Shown here: positions 8,626-23,600 of the stretch, piece after piece | How positions within the stretch are numbered: the first letter of the stretch is position 1 | Layout: each line of letters opens with the position of its first letter | NCBI GenBank assembly: GCA_051294905.1 | Contig: CM119372.1 | Location: 40,488,001-40,552,000 of the forward strand | DNA length: 64,000 nt | From: Botryllus schlosseri | Taxonomy: Eukaryota | Reading direction: 5' to 3' | Translations under genes and position numbers: made by a program | Notes under the pieces: generated by a model | Databases searched by the model: none | The model's input: only the letters and a program-made list of their open reading frames with translations | Told to the model about the DNA's origin: nothing

Positions 8626-11600
8626 CCGTTCCTGCGTAATGTGAAATATCGAATCACGATGCAAGCCAAAACTCACATATTATTTCTCAAATTTATCTAG
8701 CATGCTCGGCTCCTAGGAAGCCTGCTTATCAGGTACGACAAATTGAGAAATCCGAGCGCACCAGGAGCATTTTGTATTGCGGACTCACCTTAACACAATC
8801 AATATGTAAGGTGATTGTATTACGGGCACTTGAGTAGTTCGTGAGTCGTATGTCCTTTTACTGGACACGGCGCAATCTTAGGAAGCCAGCAATCGAACCA
8901 ATCTTATCTACAGACCCTGAACAAACCATCATTGGCCAGCTGATAACACCGTCTGTTTAGATCGGTTCTTGCGTAATGTGAAAAATCGAATCACGATGCA
9001 GGCCAAAACTCACATTTTATTTCTCAAAATTATCTAGCAAGCTCGGCTACTAGGAAGCCTGTTTATCAGATACGACTAATTGAAAAATCCGAGCGCACTC
9101 GGAGCATTTTGTAATGCGGACTCACCTTAACACAATCAATATGTAAGATGATGGTATCACGGGCGCTTAAGTAGTTTGTGAGTCGTATGTACATTTGCTG
9201 GACACGGCGCAATCTTCGGAAGCCAGCAATCGAACCAATCTTATCTACAGATCCTGAACAAACTATCATTGGCCAGCTGATAATACCGTCTGTTTCGGTC
9301 CGTTCCTGCGTAATGTGAAATATCGAATCACGATGCAGGCCAAAACTCACATATAATTTCACAAAATTATCTAGCATGCTCGGCTCCTAGGAAGCCTGCT
9401 TATCAGGTACGACAAATTGAAAAATCCGAGCGCACTCGGAGCATTTTGTAATGCGGACTCACCTTAACACAATCAATATGTAAGATGATTGTATTACGGG
9501 CGCTTGATTAGTTCGTGAGTCGTATGTACATTCGCTGGACACGGCGCAATCTTCGAAAGCCAGAAATCGATCCAATCTAATCTACAGAACCTGAACAAAC
9601 CATCATTGGCCAGCTGATAATACCGTCTGTTTAGATCGGTTCTTGCGTAATGTGAAAAATCGAATCACGATGCAGGCCAAAACTCACATATTATTTCTCA
9701 AAATTATCTAGCAAGCTCGGCTCCTAGGAAGCCTGCTTATCAGGTACGACAAATTGAAAAATCCGAGGGCACCAGGAGCATTTTGTAATGCGGACTCGCC
9801 TTAAGACAATCAATATGTAAGGTGATTGTATTACGGGCGCTTAAGTAGTTCGTGAGTCGTATGTACATTCGCTGGACACGGCGCAATCTTCGGAAGCCAG
9901 CAATCGAACCAATCTCATCTACAGACCCTGAACAAACTATCGTTGGCCAGCTGATAATACCGTCTGTTTAGTTCCGTTCCTGCGTAATGTAAAATATAGA
10001 ATCACGATGCAGGCCAAAACTCACAGATTATTTCTCAAAATTATCTAGCAAGCTCGGCTACTAGGAAGCCTGCTTATCAGATACGACTAATTGAAAAATC
10101 CGAGCGCACTCGGAGCATTTTGTAATGCGGACTCACCTTAAGACAATCAATATGTAAGGTGATTGTATTACGGGCGCTTGATTAGTTCTTGAGTCGTATG
10201 TCCTTTTACTGGACACGACGCAATCTTCGGAAGCCAGCAATCGAACCAATCTTATCTACAGACCGTGAACAAACCATCATTGGCCAGCTGATAATACCGT
10301 CTGTTTATATCGGTTCTTGCGTAATGTGAAATATCGAATCACGATGCAGGCCAAAACTCACATATTATTTCTCAAAATTATCTAGCAAGCTCGGCTCCTA
10401 GGAAGCCTGCTTATCAGGTACGACAAATTGAAAAATCCGAGGGCACAAGGAGCATTTTGTAATGCGGACTCGCCTTAAGACAATCAATATGTAAGGTGAT
10501 TGTATTACGGGCGCTTAAGTAGTTCGTGAGTCGTATGTACATTCGCTGGACACGGCGCAATCTTCGAAAGCCAGCAATCGAACCAATCTTATCTACAGAA
10601 CCTGAACAAACCATCATTGGCCAGCTGAAAACACCGTATTTTAGGTCGGTTCTTGCGTAATGTTAAAAATCGAATTACGTTGCAGGCCAAAACTCACATA
10701 TTATTTCTCAAAATTATCTAGCAAGCTCGGCTACTAGGAAGCCTGCTTATCAGATACGACTAATTGAAAAATCCGAGCGCACTCGGAGCATTTTGTAATG
10801 CGGACTCACCTTAACACAATCAATATGTAAGGTGATTGTATTACGGGCGCTTGATTAGTACTTGAGTCGTATGTCCTTTTACTGGACACGGCGCAATCTT
10901 CGGAAGCCAGCAATCGAACCAATCTTATCTAGAGTCCGTGAACAAACCATCATTGGCCAGCTGATAATACCGTCTGTTTAGGTCCGTTCCTGCGTAATGT
11001 GAAATATCGAATCACGATGCAGGCCAAAACTCACATATTATTTCTCAAAATTATCTAGCAAGCTCGGCTACTAGGAAGCCTGCTTATCAAATACGACTAA
11101 TTGAAAAATCCGAGCGCACTCGGAGCATTTTGTAATGCGGACTCACCTTAACACAATCAATATGTAGGATGATTGTATTACGGGCGCTTAAGTAGTTCGT
11201 GAGTCGTATGTCCTTTTACTGGACACGGCGCAATCTTCGGAAGCTAGCAATCGAACCAATCTTATCTACAGACCCTGAACAAACCATCATTGGCCAGCTG
11301 ATAATACCGTCTGTTTAGATCGGTTCTTGCGTAATGTGAAAAATCGAATCACGATGCAGGCCAAAACTCACATTTTATTTCTCAAAATTATCTAGCAAGC
11401 TCGGAAACTAGGAAGCCTGCTTATCAGATACGACTAATTGAAAAATCCGAGCGCACTCGAAGCATTTTGTAATGCGGACTCACCTTAACACAATCAATAT
11501 GTAAGATGATTGTATTACGGGCGCTTAAGTAGTTTGTGAGTCGTATGTACATTCGCTGGACACGGCGCAATCTTCGGAAGCCAGCAATCGAACCAATCTT

Positions 11601-14600
11601 ATCTACAGACCCTGAACAAACTATCATTGGCCAGCTGATAATACCGTCTGTTTAGGTCCGTTCCTGCGTAATGTGAAATATCGAATCACGATGCAGGCCA
11701 AAACTCACATATAATTTCTCAAAATTATCTAGCATGCTCGGCTCCTAGGAAGCCTGCTTATCAGGTACGACAAATTGAAAAATCCGAGCGCACCAGGAGC
11801 ATTTTGTAATGCGAACTCACCTTAACACAATCAATATGTAAGGTGATTGTATTACGGGCGCTTAAGTAGTTCGTGAGTCGTATGTACACTCGCTGGACAC
11901 GGCGCAATCTTCTAAAGCCAGCAATCGATCCAATCTTATCTACAGACCCTGAACAAACTATCATTGGCCAGCTGATAATACCGTCTGTTTAGGTCCGTTC
12001 TTGCGTAATGTGAAAAATCTAATCACGATGCAGGCCAAAACTCACATATTATTTCTCAATATTATCTAGCAAGCTCGGCTACTAGGAAGCCTGCTTCTCA
12101 GATACGACTAATTGAAAAATCCGAGCGCACTCGGAGCATTTTGTAATGCGGACTCACCTTAACACAATCAATATGTAAGGTGATTGTATTACGGGCGCTT
12201 GATTAGTACTTGAGTCGTATGTCCTTTTACTGGACACGGCGCAATCTTCGGAAGCCAGCAATCGAACCAATCTTATCTAGAGTCCGTGAACAAACCTTCA
12301 TTGGCCCGCTGATAATACCGTCTGTTTAGGTCCGTTCCTGCGTAATGTGAAATATCGAATCACGATGCAGGCCAAAACTCACATATTATTTCTCAAAATT
12401 ATCTAGCATGCTCGGCTCCTAGGAAGCCTGCTTATCAGGTACGACAAATTGAAAAATCCGAGCGCACCAGGAGCATTTTGTATTGCGGACTCACCTTAAC
12501 ACAATCAATATGTAAGGTGATTGTATTACGGGCACTTGAGTAGTTCGTGAGTCGTATGTCCTTTTACTGGACACGGCGCAATCTTCGAAAGCCAGCAATC
12601 GAACCAATCTTATCTACAGACCCTGAACAAACTATCATTGGCCAGCTGATAATACCGTCTGTTTCGGTCCGTTCCTGCGTAATGTGAAATATCGAATCAC
12701 GATGCAGGCCAAAACTCACATTTTATTTCTCAAAATTATCTAGCAAGCTCGGCTACTAGGAAGCCTGTTTATCAGATACGACTAATTGAAAAATCCGAGC
12801 GCACTCGGAGCATTTTGTAATGCGGACTCACCTTAACACAATCAATATGTAAGATGATTGTATTACGGGCGCTTAAGTAGTTTGTGAGTCGTATGTACAT
12901 TTGCTGGACACGGCGCAATCTTCGGAAGCCAGCAATCGAACCAATCTTATCTACAGACCCTGAACAAACTATCATTGGCCAGCTGATAATACCGTCTGTT
13001 TAGATCGGTTCTTGCGTAATGTGAAAAATCGAATCACGATGCAGGCCAAAACTCACATATTATTTCTCAAAATTATCTAGCAAGCTCGGCTCCTAGGAAG
13101 CCTGCTTATCAGGTACGACAAATTGAAAAATCCGAGCGCACTCGGAGCATTTTGTAATGCGGACTCACCTTAAGACAATCAATATGTAAGGTGATTGTAT
13201 TACGGGCGCTTAAGTAGTTCGTGAGTCGTATGTACATTCGCTGGACACGGCGCAATCTTCGGTAGCCAGCAATCGAACCAATCTTATCTACAGACCCTGA
13301 ACAAACCATCATTGGCCAGCTGATAATACCGTCTGTTTCGGTCCGTTCCTGCGTAATGTGAAATATCGAATCACGATGCAGGCCAAAACTCACATATTAT
13401 TTCTCAAAATTATCTAGCATGCTCGGCTCCTAGGAAGCCTGCTTATCAGGTACGACAAATTGAAAAATCCGAGCGCACCAGGAGCATTTTGTATTGCGGA
13501 CTCACCTTAACACAATCAATATGTAAGGTGATTGTATTACGGGCACTTGAGTAGTTCGTGAGTCGTATGTCCTTTTACTGGACACGGCGCAATCTTCGAA
13601 AGCCAGCAATCGAACCAATCTTATCTACAGACCCTGAACAAACTATCATTGGCCAGCTGATAATACCGTCTGTTTAGATCGGTTCTTGCGTAATGTGAAA
13701 AATCGAATCACGATGCAGGCCAAAACTCACATATTATTTCTCAAAATTATCTAGCAAGCTCGGCTCCTAGGAAGCCTGCTTATCAGGTATGACAAATTGA
13801 AAAATCCGAATGCACCAGGAGCATTTTGTAATGCGGACTCGCCTTAAGACAATCAATATGTAAGGTGATTGTATTACGGGCGCTTAAGTAGTTCGTGAGT
13901 CGTATGTACATTCGCTGGACACGGCGCAATCTTCGGTAGCCAGCAATCGAACCAATCTTATCTACAGACCCTGAACAAACTATCATTGGCCAGCTGATAA
14001 TACCGTATGTTTAGTTCCGTTCCTGCGTAATGTGAAATATCGAATCACGATGCAGGCCAAAGCTCACAGATTATTTCTCAAAATTATCTAGCAAGCTCGG
14101 CTACTAGGAAGCCTGCTTATCAGATACGACTGATTGAAAAATCCGAGCGCACTCGGAGCATTTTGTAATGCGGACTCACCTTAACACAATCAATATGTAA
14201 GATGATTGTATTACGGGCGCTTAAGTAGTTTGTGAGTCGTATGTACATTCGCTGGACACGGCGCAATCTTCGAAAGCCAGCAATCGAACCAATCTTATCT
14301 ACAGACCCTGAACAAACTATCATTGGCCAGCTGATAATACCGTCTGTTTCGGTCCGTTCCTGCGTAATGTGAAATATCGAATCACGATGCAGGCCAAAAC
14401 TCACATTTTATTTCTCAAAATTATCTAGCAAGCTCGGCTACTAGGAAGCCTGTTTATCAGATACGACTAATTGAAAAATCCGAGCGCACTCGGAGCATTT
14501 TGTAATGCGGACTCACCTTAACACAATCAATATGTAAGATGATTGTATTACGGGCGCTTAAGTAGTTTGTGAGTCGTATGTACATTTGCTGGACACGGCG

Positions 14601-17600
14601 CAATCTTCGGAAGCCAGCAATCGAACCAATCTTATCTACAGACCCTGAACAAACCATCATTGGCCAGCTGATAATACCGTCTGTTTAGATCGGTTCTTGC
14701 GTAATGTGAAAAATCGAATCACGATGCAGGCCAAAACTCACATATAATTTCTCAAAATTATCTAGCATGCTCGGCTCCTAGGAAGCCTGCTTATCAGGTA
14801 CGACAAAGTGAAAAATCCGAGCGCACCAGGAGCATTTTGTAATGCGAACTCACCTTAACACAATCAATATGTAAGGTGATTGTATTACGGGCGCTTAAGT
14901 AGTTCGTGAGTCGTATGTACACTCGCTGGACACGGCGCAATCTTCTAAAGCCAGCAATCGATCCAATCTTATCTACAGACCCTGAACAAACTATCATTGG
15001 CCAGCTGATAATACCGTCTGTTTAGGTCCGTTCTTGCGTAATGTGAAAAATCTAATCACGATGCAGGCCAAAACTCACATATTATTTCTCAATATTATCT
15101 AGCAAGCTCGGCTACTAGGAAGCCTGCTTCTCAGATACGACTAATTGAAAAATCCGAGCGCACTCGGAGCATTTTGTAATGCGGACTCACCTTAACACAA
15201 TCAATATGTAAGGTGATTGTATTACGGGCGCTTGATTAGTACTTGAGTCGTATGTCCTTTTACTGGACACGGCGCAATCTTCGGAAGCCAGCAATCGAAC
15301 CAATCTTATCTAGAGTCCGTGAACAAACCTTCATTGGCCCGCTGATAATACCGTCTGTTTAGGTCCGTTCCTGCGTAATGTGAAATATCGAATCACGATG
15401 CAGGCCAAAACTCACATATTATTTCTCAAAATTATCTAGCATGCTCGGCTCCTAGGAAGCCTGCTTATCAGGTACGACAAATTGAAAAATCCGAGCGCAC
15501 CAGGAGCATTTTGTATTGCGGACTCACCTTAACACAATCAATATGTAAGGTGATTGTATTACGGGCACTTGAGTAGTTCGTGAGTCGTATGTCCTTTTAC
15601 TGGACACGGCGCAATCTTCGAAAGCCAGCAATCGAACCAATCTTATCTACAGACCCTGAACAAACTATCATTGGCCAGCTGATAATACCGTCTGTTTCGG
15701 TCCGTTCCTGCGTAATGTGAAATATCGAATCACGATGCAGGCCAAAACTCACATTTTATTTCTCAAAATTATCTATCAAGCTCGGCTACTAGGAAGCCTG
15801 TTTATCAGATACGACTAATTGAAAAATCCGAGCGCACTCGGAGCATTTTGTAATGCGGACTCACCTTAACACAATCAATATGTAAGATGATTGTATTACG
15901 GGCGCTTAAGTAGTTTGTGAGTCGTATGTACATTTGCTGGACACGGCGCAATCTTCGGAAGCCAGCAATCGAACCAATCTTATCTACAGACCCTGAACAA
16001 ACTATCATTGGCCAGCTGATAATACCGTCTTTTTCGGTCCGTTCCTGCGTAATGTGAAATATCGAATCACGATGCAGGCCAAAACTCACATATAATTTCT
16101 CAAAATTATCTAGCATGCTCGGCTCCTAGGAAGCCTGCTTATCAGGTACGACAAATTGAAAAATCCGAGCGCACTCGGAGCATTTTGTAATGCGGACTCA
16201 CCTTAACACAATCAATATGTAAGATGATTGTATTACGGGCGCTTGATTAGTTCGTGAGTCGTATGTACATTCGCTGGACACGGCGCAATCTTCGAAAGCC
16301 AGAAATCGATCCAATCTAATCTACAGAACCTGAACAAACCATCATTGGCCAGCTGATAATACCGTCTGTTTAGATCGGTTCTTGCGTAATGTGAAAAATC
16401 GAATCACGATGCAGGCCAAAACTCACATATTATTTCTCAAAATTATCTAGCAAGCTCGGCTCCTAGGAAGCCTGCTTATCAGGTACGACAAATTGAAAAA
16501 TCCGAATGCACCAGGAGCATTTTGTAATGCGGACTCGCCTTAAGACAATCAATATGTAAGGTGATTGTATTACGGGCGCTTAAGTAGTTCGTGAGTCGTA
16601 TGTACATTCGCTGGACACGGCGCAATCTTCGGAAGCCAGCAATCGAACCAATCTTATCTACAGACCCTGAACAAACTATCATTGGCCAGCTGATAATACC
16701 GTCTGTTTAGTTCCGTTCCTGCGTAATGTGAAATATCGAATCACGATGCAGGCCAAAGCTCACAGATTATTTCTCAAAATTATCTAGCAAGCTCGGCTAC
16801 TAGGAAGCCTGCTTATCAGATACGACTGATTGAAAAATCCGAGCGCACTCGGAGCATTTTGTAATGCGGACTCACCTTAACACAATCAATATGTAAGATG
16901 ATTGTATTACGGGCGCTTAAGTAGTTTGTGAGTCGTATGTACATTCGCTGGACACGGCGCAATCTTCGAAAGCCAGCAATCGAACCAATCTTATCTACAG
17001 ACCCTGAACAAACTATCATTGGCCAGCTGATAATACCGTCTGTTTCGGTCCGTTCCTGCGTAATGTGAAATATCGAATCACGATGCAGGCCAAAACTCAC
17101 ATTTTATTTCTCAAAATTATCTAGCAAGCTCGGCTACTAGGAAGCCTGCTTATCAGATACGACTGATTGAAAAATCCGAGCGCACTCGGAGCATTTTGTA
17201 ATGCGGACTCACCTTAACACAATCAATATGTAAGATGATTGTATTACGGGCGCTTAAGTAGTTTGTGAGTCGTATGTACATTTGCTGGACACGGCGCAAT
17301 CTTCGGAAGCCAGCAATCGAACCAATCTTATCTACAGACCCTGAACAAACCATCATTGGCCAGCTGATAATACCGTCTGTTTAGATCGGTTCTTGCGTAA
17401 TGTGAAAAATCGAATCACGATGCAGGCCAAAACTCACATATTATATCTCAAAATTATCTAGCAAGCTCGGCTCCTAGGAAGCCTGCTTATCAGGTACGAC
17501 AAATTGAAAAATCAGAATGCACCAGGAGCATTTTGTAATGCGGACTCGCCTTAAGACAATCAATATGTAAGGTGATTGTATTACGGGCGCTTAAGTAGTT

Positions 17601-20600
17601 CGTGAGTCGTATGTACATTCGCTAGACACGGCGCAATCTTCGGAAGCCAGCAATCGAACCAATCTTATCTACAGACCCTGAACAAACTATCATTGGCCAG
17701 CTGATAATACCGTCTGTTTAGTTCCGTTCCTGCGTAATGTGAAATATCGAATCACGATGCAGGCCAAAACTCACAGATTATTTCTCAAAATTATCTAGCA
17801 AGCTCGGCTACTAGGAAGCCTGCTTATCAGATACGACTGATTGAAAAATCCGAGCGCACTCGGAGCATTTTGTAATGCGGACTCACCTTAACACAATCAA
17901 TATGTAAGGTGATTGTATTACAGGCGCTTGATTAGTACTTGAGTCGTATGTCCTTTTACTGGACACGGCGCAATCTTCGGAAGCCAGCAATCGAACCAAT
18001 CTTATCTAGAGTCCGTGAACAAACCTTCATTGGCCCGCGGATAATACTGTCTGTTTAGGTCCGTTCCTGCGTAATGTGAAATATCGAATCACGATGCAGG
18101 CCATAACTCACATATTATTTCTCAAAATTATCTAGCAAGCTCGGCTACTAGGAAGCCTGCTTATCAAATACGACTAATTGAAAAATCCGAGCGCACTCGG
18201 AGCATTTTGTAATGCGGACTCACCTTAACACAATCAATATGTAGGATGATTGCATTACGGGCGCTTAAGTAGTTCGTGAGTCGTATGTACATTCGCTGGA
18301 CACGGCGCAATCTTCGAAAGCCAGCAATCGAACCAATCTTATCTACAGACCCTGAACAAACTATCATTGGCCAGCTGATAATACCGTCTGTTTCGGTCCG
18401 TTCCTGCGTAATGTGAAATATCGAATCACGATGAAGGCCAAAACTCACATTTTATTTCTCAAAATTATCTAGCAAGCTCGGCTACTAGGAAGCCTGTTTA
18501 TCAGATACGACTAATTGAAAAATCCGAGCGCACTCGGAGCATTTTGTAATGCGGACTCACCTTAACACAATCAATATGTAAGATGATTGTATTACGGGCG
18601 CTTAAGTAGTTTGTGAGTCGTATGTACATTTGCTGGACACGGCGCAATCTTCGGAAGCCAGCAATCGAACCAATCTTATCTACAGACCCTGAACAAACTA
18701 TCATTGGCCAGCTGATAATACCGTCTGTTTCGGTCCGTTCCTGCGTAATGTGAAATATCGAATCACGATGCAGGCCAAAACTCACATATAATTTCTCAAA
18801 ATTATCTAGCATGCTCGGCTCCTAGGAAGCCTGCTTATCAGGTACGACAAATTGAAAAATCCGAGCGCACTCGGAGCATTTTGTAATGCGGACTCACCTT
18901 AAGACAATCAATATGTAAGGTGATTGTATTACGGGCACTTGATTAGTTCTTGAGTCGTATGTCCTTTTACTGGACACGACGCAATCTTCGGAAGCCAGCA
19001 ATCGAACCAATCTTATCTACAGACCGTGAACAAACTATCATTGGCCAGCTGATAATACCGTCTGTTTAGTTCCGTTCCTGCGTAATGTGAAATATCGAAT
19101 CACGATGCAGGCCAAAACTCACATATTATTTCTCAAAATTATCTAGCAAGCTCGGCTACTAGGAAGCCTGCTTTTCAGATACGACTAATTGAAAAATCCG
19201 AGCGCACTCGGAGCATTTTGTAATGCGGACTCACCTTAAGACAATCAATATGTAAGGTGATTGTATTACGGGCACTTGATTAGTTCTTGAGTCGTATGTC
19301 CTTTTACTGGACACGACGCAATCTTCGGAAGCCAGCAATCGAACCAATCTTATCTACAGACCGTGAACAAACCATCATTGGCCAGCTGATAATACCGTCT
19401 GTTTAGATCGGTTCTTGCGTAATGTGAAATATCGAATCACGATGCTTGCCAAAACTCACATATTATTTCTCAAAATTATCTAGCAAGCTCGGCTCCAGGA
19501 AGCCTGCTTATCAGGTACGACAAATTGAAAAATCCGAGGGCACCAGGAGCATTTTGTAATGCGGACTCGCCTTAAGACAATCAATATGTAAGGTGATTGT
19601 ATTACGGGCGCTTAAGTAGTTCGTGAGTCGTATGTACATTCGCTGGACACGGCGCAATCTTCGAAAGCCAGCAATCGAACCAAATTTATCTACAGAACCT
19701 GAACAAACCATCATTGGCCAGCTGAAAACACCGTATTTTAAGTCGGTTCTTGCGTAATGTTAAAAATCGAATCACGTTGCAGGCCAAAACTCACATAATA
19801 TTTCTCAAAATTATCTAGCAAGCTCGGCTACTAGGAAGCCTGTTTATCAGATACGACAAATTGAAAAATCCGAGCGCACTCGGAGCATTTTGTAATGCGG
19901 ACTCACCTTAACACAATCAATATGTAAGATGATTGTATTACGGGCGCTTGATTAGTTCGTGAGTCGTATGTACATTCGCTGGACACGGCGCAATCTTCGA
20001 AAGCCAGAAATCGATCCAATCTAATCTACAGAACCTGAACAAACCATCATTGGCCAGCTGATAATACCGTCTGTTTAGATCGGTTCTTGCGTAATGTGAA
20101 ATATCGAATCACGATGCAGGCCAAAACTCACATATTATGTCTCAAAATTATCTAGCAAGCTCAGCCACTAGGAAGCCTGCTTATCAGATACGAATAATTG
20201 AAAAATCCGAGCGCACTCGGAGCATTTTGTAATGCGGACTCACCTTAACACAATCAATATGTAAGATGATTGTATTACGGGCGCTTAAGTAGTTCGTGAG
20301 TCGTATGTACATTCGCTGGACACGGCGCAATCGTCGGAAGCCAGCAATCGAACCAATCTTATCTACAGACCCTGAACAAACTATCATTGGCCAGCTGATA
20401 ATACCGTCTGTTTAGTTCCGTTCCTGCGTAATGTGAAATATCGAATCACGATGCAGGCCAAAACTCACATATTATTTCTCAAAATTATCTAGCAAGCTCG
20501 GCTACTAGGAAGCCTGCTTTTCAGATACGACTAATTGAAAAATCCGAGCGCACTCGGAGCATTTTGTAATGCGGACTCACCTTAAGACAATCAATATGTA

Positions 20601-23600
20601 AGGTGATTGTATTACGGGCACTTGATTAGTTCTTGAGTCGTATGTCCTTTTACTGGACACGACGCAATCTTCGGAAGCCAGCAATCGAACCAATCTTATC
20701 TACAGACCGTGAACAAACCATCATTGGCCAGCTGATAATACCGTCTGTTTAGATCGGTTCTTGCGTAATGTGAAATATCGAATCACGATGCAGGCCAAAA
20801 CTCACATATTATTTCTCAAAATTATCTAGCAAGCTCGGCTCCAGGAAGCCTGCTTATCAGGTACGACAAATTGAAAAATCCGAGGGCACCAGGAGCATTT
20901 TGTAATGCGGACTCGCCTTAAGACAATCAATATGTAAGGTGATTGTATTACGGGCGCTTAAGTAGTTCGTGAGTCGTATGTACATTCGCTGGACACGGCG
21001 CAATCTTCGAAAGCCAGCAATCGAACCAAACTTATCTACAGAACCTGAACAAACCATCATTGGCCAGCTGAAAACACCGTATTTTAAGTCGGTTCTTGCG
21101 TAATGTTAAAAATCGAATCACGTTGCAGGCCAAAACTCACATATTATTTCTCAAAATTATCTAGCAAGCTCGGCTACTAGGAAGCCTGCTTATCAGATAC
21201 GAATAATTGAAAAATCCGAGCGCACTCGGAGCATTTTGTAATGCGGACTCACCTTAACACAATCAATATGTAAGGTGATTGTATTACGGGCGCTTGATTA
21301 GTACTTGAGTCGTATGTCCTTTTACTGGACACGGCGCAATCTTCGGAAGCCAGCAATCGAACCAATCTTATCTAGAGTCCGTGAACAAACCATCATTGGC
21401 CAGCTGATAATACCGTCTGTTTAGGTCCGTTCCTGCGTAATGTGAAATATCGAATCACGATGCAGGCCAAAACTCACATATTATTTCTCAAAATTATCTA
21501 GCAAGCTCGGCTACTAGGAAGCCTGCTTATCAAATACGACTAATTGAAAAATCCGAGCGCACTCGGAGCATTTTGTAATGCGGACTCACCTTAACACAAT
21601 CAATATGTAGGATGATTGCATTACGGGCGCTTAAGTAGTTCGTGAGTCGTATGTCCTTTTACTGGACACGGCGCAATCTTCGGAAGCCAGCAATCGAACC
21701 AATCTTATCTAGAGTCCGTGAACAAACCTTCATTGGCCCGCGGATAATACTGTCTGTTTAGGTCCGTTCCTGCGTAATGTGAAATATCGAATCACGATGC
21801 AGGCCATAACTCACATATTATTTCTCAAAATTATCTAGCAAGCTCGGCTACTAGGAAGCCTGCTTATCAAATACGACTAATTGAAAAATCCGAGCGCACT
21901 CGGAGCATTTTGTAATGCGGACTCACCTTAACACAATCAATATGTAGGATGATTGCATTACGGGCGCTTAAGTAGTTCGTGAGTCGTATGTACATTCGCT
22001 GGACACGGCGCAATCTTCGAAAGCCAGCAATCGAACCAATCTTATCTACAGACCCTGAACAAACTATCATTGGCCAGCTGATAATACCGTCTGTTTCGGT
22101 CCGTTCCTGCGTAATGTGAAATATCGAATCACGATGAAGGCCAAAACTCACATTTTATTTCTCAAAATTATCTAGCAAGCTCGGCTACTAGGAAGCCTGT
22201 TTATCAGATACGACTAATTGAAAAATCCGAGCGCACTCGGAGCATTTTGTAATGCGGACTCACCTTAACACAATCAATATGTAAGATGATTGTATTACGG
22301 GCGCTTAAGTAGTTTGTGAGTCGTATGTACATTTGCTGGACACGGCGCAATCTTCGGAAGCCAGCAATCGAACCAATCTTATCTACAGACCCTGAACAAA
22401 CTATCATTGGCCAGCTGATAATACCGTCTGTTTCGGTCCGTTCCTGCGTAATGTGAAATATCGAATCACGATGCAGGCCAAAACTCACATATAATTTCTC
22501 AAAATTATCTAGCATGCTCGGCTCCTAGGAAGCCTGCTTATCAGGTACGACAAATTGAAAAATCCGAGCGCACTCGGAGCATTTTGTAATGCGGACTCAC
22601 CTTAAGACAATCAATATGTAAGGTGATTGTATTACGGGCACTTGATTAGTTCTTGAGTCGTATGTCCTTTTACTGGACACGACGCAATCTTCGGAAGCCA
22701 GCAATCGAACCAATCTTATCTACAGACCGTGAACAAACTATCATTGGCCAGCTGATAATACCGTCTGTTTAGTTCCGTTCCTGCGTAATGTGAAATATCG
22801 AATCACGATGCAGGCCAAAACTCACATATTATTTCTCAAAATTATCTAGCAAGCTCGGCTACTAGGAAGCCTGCTTTTCAGATACGACTAATTGAAAAAT
22901 CCGAGCGCACTCGGAGCATTTTGTAATGCGGACTCACCTTAAGACAATCAATATGTAAGGTGATTGTATTACGGGCACTTGATTAGTTCTTGAGTCGTAT
23001 GTCCTTTTACTGGACACGACGCAATCTTCGGAAGCCAGCAATCGAACCAATCTTATCTACAGACCGTGAACAAACCATCATTGGCCAGCTGATAATACCG
23101 TCTGTTTAGATCGGTTCTTGCGTAATGTGAAATATCGAATCACGATGCTTGCCAAAACTCACATATTATTTCTCAAAATTATCTAGCAAGCTCGGCTCCA
23201 GGAAGCCTGCTTATCAGGTACGACAAATTGTAAAATCCGAGGGCACCAGGAGCATTTTGTAATGCGGACTCGCCTTAAGACAATCAATATGTAAGGTGAT
23301 TGTATTACGGGCGCTTAAGTAGTTCGTGAGTCGTATGTACATTCGCTGGACACGGCGCAATCTTCGGAAGCCAGCAATCGAACCAATCTTATCTACAGAC
23401 CCTGAACAAACTATCATTGGCCAGCTGATAATACCGTCTGTTTCGGTCCGTTCCTGCGTAATGTGAAATATCGAATCACGATGAAGGCCAAAACTCACAT
23501 TTTATTTCTCAAAATTATCTAGCAAGCTCGGCTACTAGGAAGCCTGTTTATCAGATACGACTAATTGAAAAATCCGAGCGCACTCGGAGCATTTTGTAAT

